NCBI GenBank assembly: GCA_041753475.1
Contig: JBGSUN010000001.1
Span: 46,242 to 110,241, forward strand
Source: Planctomycetaceae bacterium
GTDB taxonomy: Bacteria; Planctomycetota; Planctomycetia; Planctomycetales; Planctomycetaceae
Direction of reading: 5' to 3'
DNA length: 64,000 bases
The notes beneath the pieces are model-generated. The model saw only the letters and a program-made list of their open reading frames with translations. It did no database searches and was not told the DNA's origin. This document shows positions 58,371 through 64,000 of the stretch, in pieces; the stretch's first letter is position 1; the number at the start of each line of letters is the position of its first letter. Made by a program: the position numbers and the translations under genes.

Positions 58371-58949
58371 ATTCCGCCATCCAGTCCCCCAACGATCTCA
58401 TGCAGCGGGTCGCGGATTTCTGCGAAGCCCAAGCCATCCCTTACCGTGTGGTGGGATCGATGGCGAGCATCGCCTACGGGGAACCGCGGCTGACAATCGA
58501 TATCGTGGCCGAATTCAAGTTGCAGGACATCGCCGCCCTGACGACGGCCTTTCCGTTCCCTGAGTATTACTTTTCCGAAGATGCCGCCCGCGAAGCAATT
58601 TTGCAGCAGCGACAATTCAACATCATTCACCCCGCGTCAGGCTTGAAGGTCGATCTGTTCGTTCCCGCGGCGACGGAATACGCCCGCACCGAAGCCCAGC
58701 GGGTCCGTCGGATCACGAATCCCGGCAAGTATTCGGCATGGTTCGGTTCTCCCGAAGACATCGTGCTCAACAAGCTGCTGTACTATCAGATGAGCGACGG
58801 CGTGAGCGAAAAACATCTGCGGGACATCGCCGGGATGATGAAGCTGCTGCGGGAAAAACTGGATCGCGACTATACAGTGGGCCGTGAAACTGGGAGTCGC
58901 GGCCGAGTGGGAAAAAGTGCGTCAACGGGTCGATGAAGCGACGCCATAA
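58367..58949 (+). pseudogene. Nucleotidyltransferase-fold-like protein with a frameshift near the C-terminus
   Basis: PYRVVGSMASIAYGEPRLTIDIV resembles a minimal NTase GS...D.D motif. Around 58872-58876 the coding signal moves to another frame, which reads QWAVKLGVAAEWEKVRQRVDEATP-stop (58949). The track frame ends at 58936. Confidence 0.5.
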
Positions 58950-59122
58950 CCAGCGACGATCCTTCCACCTTGGCCGTTCATCGTCCCGACAGAAGCCAGC
59001 TTTGTCGAGCCGTGCCGTACTTCGCTCCGGTGCCGGAAACCGCATAGCTGGATGTAACTCGGCAGCATGATCTGATGTACAGAATTTGCGATTTTGAGCC
59101 ATCGAGCTGACAATCCCAGACC

Positions 59123-60964
59123 GTGCGCTCAGAATCGCATCGTGAAGAATTGCGACCGAACGGGAGTGGGTCTTTGTCTGCGGTGACGAACATTTCGGCC
59201 TATCGATTCGCCGCGTTGGAGAATCTGCAGTCCCTGCGCGATCGGTTGACGGCCGCGTGCCGTGAGTGGCGTCTGAAAGGAACCATCCTTCTCAGCACCG
59301 AAGGCATCAATCTGTTCGTGGCTGGGGGAACGGCAGAGATCGACCAATTGCTGGGATTGCTGCGCGCGGTGCCAGGATTGGAAGCGTTACCGGCGAAGTT
59401 CAGTGAAAGCCGCGAGCAACCCTTCACACGGATGCTGGTGAAGATCAAGAAGGAAATCATCGCCTTTGGTGTGTCCGGGATTGATCCGGTCCGGAATCCT
59501 GCGCCGCGGTTAAGTCCCCTGGAATTGAAACGCTGGCTGGATGAGGGCCGGCCGGTCACATTGCTGGATACCCGGAACGACTTTGAAGTCGACATGGGGA
59601 CGTTTCGCGATGCGGTGCCCATCCACATTCAGCATTTTCGCGATTTCCCGAACGCTGCGGACAAACTTTTGCCCGCGGAACAGCAACACCCAATTGTGAC
59701 CTTCTGCACGGGGGGAATTCGCTGCGAAAAAGCCGCTCCGTATCTCATCCAGAGGGGTTTTGAGCAGGTCTATCAACTCGATGGTGGCATTCTCAAATAT
59801 TTTGAGGAGTGCGGCGGTGACCATTTTCAGGGCGAGTGTTTTGTCTTCGACAAGCGCGTCGGACTGGCCGCCGATCTGGATGAATCGAGCCACGGATTCT
59901 GTTTTGCGTGTCAAAGCGTGCTGACCCCAGAAGAGGTACAGGATCCGTTGACGGTCGAAGGGGTTTCTTGTCCGCGGTGTTATCGCTCCCCTGAGGAACT
60001 GCAAGCTCGCAACTTGGCGGCGCATCGCTTGAAGTTGCGGGAAGTCACGTCGCCGTTGCCCGGGAAGCAGCCGCAAGACAACTATCGCCCCCTTAAAGTC
60101 AGTGCGAGGCATGCTGGCCTCACGGTGCTCGATTTTCTCGGCGAGGTTTTCCCCCACATTCCTCGCGAGCATTGGCAAATGCGCTGCGCTCAAGGGGATG
60201 TGATGAATGCTGAACGTGCTCCGGTCCTGGCGTCCCACACCGTCAAGCCGGGAGAGCGCTACTTCACCTGTGAGCGGCTGGAGAGCGAACCGGACGTCAG
60301 CACGGAGATCGAGATTCTTTACGAAGACGCGGCACTGATCGTCGTCAACAAGCCTGCCCCGCTGCCGATGCACCCCAGTGGCCGGTTCAATCGCAATACC
60401 TTGCAGTCGTTTCTCTGCGACGTGTATGCACCGCAGAAACCGCGCCCGGCACATCGGCTCGATGCCAACACGACGGGATTGGCGGTCTTTACCCGTACGG
60501 CGGCATTTGCCCGTGTTCTGCAACCGCAATTTGAGCGGGGGGAAGTCACCAAACGTTATCTGGCACGCGTGCTTGGTCATCCGCCGCAAGAGGCATTTCG
60601 GTGTGAGACGCCCATCGCAAACAGCCCGGTGCAACACGGCGCTCGTGAGGTGAATGAAGCGACAGGCCTCTCCGCCTGCACGGAATTTGAGGTCCTTTCA
60701 CGCGCACCGGACGGAACGGCACTTCTGCTCGTCACGCCGAAGACCGGGCGCACAAATCAGATCCGCGTGCATCTGTGGCACCTCGGCTGGCCGATTGTCG
60801 GTGATGCGATGTACCTGCCGGGCCATCAATTGGGTGACGTGCAGACGCTGTCGGTCGGTGAAACTCCGCTCTGCCTGCATGCCTGGCAATTGACGTTTTC
60901 GCACCCTCAACACGGCGGGACCATGACATTCGAGACGCCGAAGCCCGGCTGGGCTTTAGGTTGA
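59123..60964 (+). CDS. Fusion protein: TrhO/YceA-type rhodanese-domain tRNA U34 hydroxylase plus RluA-family pseudouridine synthase
   Basis: N-terminal half: ISAYRFAALENLQ...GTILLSTEGINLFVAG, VTFCTGGIRCEKAAPYL, GGILKYFEE and a Cys cluster. C-terminal half: ILYEDAALIVVNKPAPLPMHP, HRLDANTTGLAVFTRT, GRTNQIRVHL. It is a single uninterrupted 613-codon ORF (GTG start). Confidence 0.85.
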   Translation: MRSESHREELRPNGSGSLSAVTNISAYRFAALENLQSLRDRLTAACREWRLKGTILLSTEGINLFVAGGTAEIDQLLGLLRAVPGLEALPAKFSESREQPFTRMLVKIKKEIIAFGVSGIDPVRNPAPRLSPLELKRWLDEGRPVTLLDTRNDFEVDMGTFRDAVPIHIQHFRDFPNAADKLLPAEQQHPIVTFCTGGIRCEKAAPYLIQRGFEQVYQLDGGILKYFEECGGDHFQGECFVFDKRVGLAADLDESSHGFCFACQSVLTPEEVQDPLTVEGVSCPRCYRSPEELQARNLAAHRLKLREVTSPLPGKQPQDNYRPLKVSARHAGLTVLDFLGEVFPHIPREHWQMRCAQGDVMNAERAPVLASHTVKPGERYFTCERLESEPDVSTEIEILYEDAALIVVNKPAPLPMHPSGRFNRNTLQSFLCDVYAPQKPRPAHRLDANTTGLAVFTRTAAFARVLQPQFERGEVTKRYLARVLGHPPQEAFRCETPIANSPVQHGAREVNEATGLSACTEFEVLSRAPDGTALLLVTPKTGRTNQIRVHLWHLGWPIVGDAMYLPGHQLGDVQTLSVGETPLCLHAWQLTFSHPQHGGTMTFETPKPGWALG

Positions 60965-60984
60965 TTGTTCTCGATGCGGCACCG

Positions 60985-62307
60985 TCAAGCGGCGTAGAGA
61001 TCCGCGCGCGTCGGGGGCAATTCTGCCTGGCCTTTGGAGGCGTGCTTTGAGGCCACGACCTGGAAGATCCGCAGCGATCCATCCAGGAATGCGAATGATA
61101 CCCCGGCAAGGTACGCTACCCAGAGGCGATACTTTTCGGGTCCGACCATCGCGATTGCTTCGTCCTTACGGGCCGAAAGCCGCTGGCACCAGTGCCGTGT
61201 GGTCATAGCGTAGTGTTCGCGCCAGCCTTCAACATCGTGGACTTCGAATTTGCTGGCTTCCATCAGTTCGACTGAATGACCGATGTGATCGAGTTCGGCA
61301 CCGGGGAAGATGTATTTGGCAATCAGCCGGTGTTCTGGACGGAGCTTGCGAAACCCTTTGCGATCCGGCTTGGCCCCGCGGGCAATGCCGTGATTCAGGA
61401 GAATGCCTTTATCACGCAACAGGGAATATAGCTTCTTGAAGTACGCCGGGAGATTGGCAATCCCCACGTGCTCGAACATCCCGATGCTGGCGATTTTGTC
61501 GTAGGTCCCTTCGAGTGTCGAATAATCCCGCAGTTCGACCAGCACGCGGTCTTCGAGGCCGAGGCGTTTGATCTTCGCCTGTACGAAATCGTACTGCGTC
61601 TGGGAGAGCGTGACGCCATGTGCTGCGACGCCGTAATGCTTGGCCGCATGACAGATCAGGCCGCCCCAGCCGCAACCGATGTCGAGGAATGTTTCGTCGG
61701 GTTTGAGCCGCAGTTTGCGGCAGATCATGTCCAGTTTGTCGTGTTGCGCCTGATCGATGGTATTGTTCCAGTCGGTGAAATAGGCGCAGGAATACTGCAT
61801 CTCTTCGCCGAGGAACAAGGCGTAGAAATCGTTGCCCAGGTCGTAATGGAACTGGATGTAGTCCTGGTTCTGGGCCGTTTCCCCCACTTTGCGCTGGGTG
61901 TCACCCCCGGCATATTCATGGGCGATATCCGCTCGATCGGCTCCGGCGAACACAAAGGGCAACATCTGGCGGAACAGGTACCACTTGCTGAGTTTCTTCA
62001 GCCGGGCCTTGGAATTTGGCACACGGGCAGTGTCGCCGAACTGAATCAGGTCGCCCCCTTCGATTTCGAGCCGACCGCAGGCATAGTGTCTGAGGACGTT
62101 TTCCAGTGTTGGCTTGCGAATCAGCGAACCAATGGTCCCGGGACCGTTGACCGCGATGGAAAACGGCGATTCCGCCTCACCAAGAGGGACACGGGAACCG
62201 TCCCACAGCTTGACCGACACTGGCACATTAAGCGCCGTCCGGACGTGTTCCAGTGCCTTTTGTGCCGACTTGAGCTGACGTTTCCGGCTGGGAATCAGTG
62301 AGAACAT
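60985..62307 (-). CDS. cfa: Cyclopropane-fatty-acyl-phospholipid synthase
   Basis: HYDLGNDFY, YSCAYF, LDIGCGWGGL, SIGMFEHVG. The start was set at MFSLIPSRKR; the track ORF extends to 62373. Confidence 0.9.
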   Translation of the reverse strand: MFSLIPSRKRQLKSAQKALEHVRTALNVPVSVKLWDGSRVPLGEAESPFSIAVNGPGTIGSLIRKPTLENVLRHYACGRLEIEGGDLIQFGDTARVPNSKARLKKLSKWYLFRQMLPFVFAGADRADIAHEYAGGDTQRKVGETAQNQDYIQFHYDLGNDFYALFLGEEMQYSCAYFTDWNNTIDQAQHDKLDMICRKLRLKPDETFLDIGCGWGGLICHAAKHYGVAAHGVTLSQTQYDFVQAKIKRLGLEDRVLVELRDYSTLEGTYDKIASIGMFEHVGIANLPAYFKKLYSLLRDKGILLNHGIARGAKPDRKGFRKLRPEHRLIAKYIFPGAELDHIGHSVELMEASKFEVHDVEGWREHYAMTTRHWCQRLSARKDEAIAMVGPEKYRLWVAYLAGVSFAFLDGSLRIFQVVASKHASKGQAELPPTRADLYAA

Positions 62308-62459
62308 TGCAGCTTTTCCACCGAGGAGGGCATTTCCGGCGAAGCTCATACCCCTCGGCGGAGGAACGGTCAAGACGAATCCCGATGGGTCACGAGATCG
62401 TCAGGCTGCCCTCGCCTGCCGTCATGCGGTATAAAACGAAAGCAACTTGAGTCCGAGTC

Positions 62460-62618
62460 GTGTGCCACGGCCGTTTCGGCCGTGCGACTGAGGGAAACGA
62501 ATCGTTGCCCGGATTCTCGCAAGTGAAGCGTTCCGTTCATCACGCGGAGCGTGATGAGCGGATTGACAACGAGCGTGACGATTTTAGAACATGCACGGCC
62601 GACACAGCCGAAGCCCGC
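62460..62618. repeat. Family A-prime element with one intact and one decayed arm and a long spacer
   Basis: GTGTGCCACGGCCGTTTCGGCCGTG (62460-62484) matches the 51254 arm at 24 of 25 positions. The degenerate partner is CACGGCCGACACAGCCGAAGC at 62594-62614. The spacer holds the hairpin TCATCACGC-gga-GCGTGATGA (62537-62557). Confidence 0.75.
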
Positions 62619-62654
62619 AGATCATTGTTGGTGATGTAACAGATAGGCAAGCAC

Positions 62655-63494
62655 ATGATGACATCGATGCGATTCGCAGCCGTGATGGCCGTGGGATTTC
62701 TTTTCGTCGATCAGACGGCCCTTGCGGCCGACGGCATGCAGTATCCGTTGGCACTTGCGGTTGGCAAAGACGGGCGGATTTTCATCGCCGATCGTGATCT
62801 ACCAGGGGTCTGGCAGTTCGCCGAAGGAAAGCTTTCGATCTACTACCAGGGCGAGAAGAAATTCCGGACGCCGCTGAATGCCGTGCGGTGTCTGGCCATG
62901 GATGCCGAAGGAAAATTGCTCGCCGGTGACTCCTCGACGCGCGAAATCTATCGCTTCGATGACGCGGGGAAGCCGGAACCGCTCACGAAAGGAAACGTCG
63001 GCATTCCAATGACGCTCGCCGTCACCGCCGACGGTTTGATTTTGTCTTCAGACATCGAAATTCAGCGGATCGTGAAGATCCCGGCGGCCGGTGGTGAACC
63101 GCAGATCATGACGGAACTCGCTGCGGTGCGGGGCATGGGTGTGGACAAGGACGGCCGCATTTGGGCGGTCTGTCACGGGAAAGATGCGGTCATCCGGTTC
63201 TCACCCGATTTTGCCCAGCGGGAGGTCATTGTCAGCGGACGCCCGTTCCAGTTCTCGCATCATCTGGCATTCGATGGGGCCGGCATTCCTTACGTCATTG
63301 ACGGCTATGCCAAGACGCTCTGGAAGATCGACGGTAGCGAAGCCAAGAAAGTTGCGGCAGGAGAACCGTGGAAAAATCCTGTCGGGCTGGCGTGGAGCGA
63401 AGCCACCGGCTTGATCGTCGCTGATCCGCATCAGAAAGCGGTTTACAAGGTCAGCGATGATGGAAAAGTCACACAGATCATTCCCGTGCCGTAA
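62655..63494 (+). CDS. Exported NHL/SMP-30-like beta-propeller repeat protein
   Basis: A signal peptide is followed by recurrent ...DGRIFIAD / GKLLAGD / DGLILSSD / DGRIWAV / GLIVADP blade motifs. Confidence 0.6.
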   Translation: MMTSMRFAAVMAVGFLFVDQTALAADGMQYPLALAVGKDGRIFIADRDLPGVWQFAEGKLSIYYQGEKKFRTPLNAVRCLAMDAEGKLLAGDSSTREIYRFDDAGKPEPLTKGNVGIPMTLAVTADGLILSSDIEIQRIVKIPAAGGEPQIMTELAAVRGMGVDKDGRIWAVCHGKDAVIRFSPDFAQREVIVSGRPFQFSHHLAFDGAGIPYVIDGYAKTLWKIDGSEAKKVAAGEPWKNPVGLAWSEATGLIVADPHQKAVYKVSDDGKVTQIIPVP

Positions 63495-63545
63495 TTGCCG
63501 ATTCAGCAGCAGCGATGCTTGGATCGGGGCGGATCTCACAATCGA

Positions 63546-63577
63546 GCATCCCGGCTGCCCGGAAGCAGCCGGGATGC
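63546..63577. repeat. Family B hairpin (perfect)
   Basis: GCATCCCGGCTGC-ccggaa-GCAGCCGGGATGC, between convergent stops at 63494 and 63621. Confidence 0.9.
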
Positions 63578-63620
63578 GAGCGTTTTTGGCGCGGAGCGAC
63601 GGGGCTTTCAGCAAGAGCCG

Positions 63621-64000
63621 TCATGTCCGTTGCTGCGGCATCATCGGCCGAGCCGTTTCCGTAAACGGCGGCAGCCGCGTTGAAGAGCTGCGACGGATGA
63701 TCGAAGACGATGGCGGTGGTGCTTCGCAATACGGGCAGACTTCGCTGTAGATGATCTTCCGACACTTCGAGCACTCATGGACGCCGTGGATCGGTTCGCT
63801 GGTGCGCAGCCGCATCACCGAAATGTAGGCAAAGGTCAACAGGGTGAAGCCGCTGATGAGGATTGCCGAGAGGAGATTTCGGTTCCCGAGGAACACCATC
63901 GCGGCGGCAACGATGGTCAATCCGCAAAAGCCATAGACGGCGACTTCGAACCAGCGCGCACGATTGAGCTTGGCGCGCCGGACATCATCGGAAACCTGAC
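63621..64000 (-). CDS. Small membrane protein with a C-terminal Cys4 zinc ribbon; the 5' end lies beyond the window
   Basis: The frame stays open to the window edge (QVSDDVRRAKLNRARWFEVAVYGFCGLTIVAAAMVFLG...). It has two TM segments and then CSKCRKIIYSEVCPYC. Confidence 0.45.
   Translation of the reverse strand, partial: QVSDDVRRAKLNRARWFEVAVYGFCGLTIVAAAMVFLGNRNLLSAILISGFTLLTFAYISVMRLRTSEPIHGVHECSKCRKIIYSEVCPYCEAPPPSSSIIRRSSSTRLPPFTETARPMMPQQRT

Overview
A GC-rich segment (about 60% by eye, not computed) of what looks like a Planctomycetota chromosome. The evidence for that assignment is two DUF1592-family/DUF1552 gene pairs, a DUF1501 gene, many twin-arginine signal peptides, and long antisense shadow ORFs typical of high-GC DNA. 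No rRNA, CRISPR array, transposase or integrase was found.

Layout:
- **1-18865 (minus strand):** one large cell-surface glycan locus. It contains a WecA/MraY-type initiating transferase, a NusG/UpxY-like antiterminator paralogue, GDP-fucose synthesis genes (gmd, fcl), several GT4/GT2 glycosyltransferases, an acyltransferase, a Wzm/Wzt ABC exporter, two methyltransferases, an epimerase and a truncated MBOAT remnant.
- **19339-39871:** housekeeping genes (holB, clpX, eda, moaC, polyprenyl synthase, lipA/lipB, smpB, ogt) mixed with planctomycete-type exported proteins.
- **40195-42660:** the most interesting unit. This three-gene minus-strand operon encodes an exported protein with nine Cys, a DUF692 multinuclear non-heme-iron oxidase and a DUF2063 partner. 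That is the architecture of an MNIO-modified peptide/protein (HvfABC or bufferin type), here with an atypical precursor and a nested hairpin between the precursor and enzyme genes.
- **42955-64000:** exported/unknown-function proteins, a sensor-less sigma-54 activator, tRNA-Lys(UUU) followed by a decaying two-gene toxin-antitoxin-like pair, a TrhO-RluA fusion gene and cfa.

Four families of sequence-conserved intergenic palindromes recur across the window. CDS starts were refined by hand where signal peptides, Shine-Dalgarno-like motifs or ATGA overlaps supported it. All functional calls rest on motif recognition, not on database searches.
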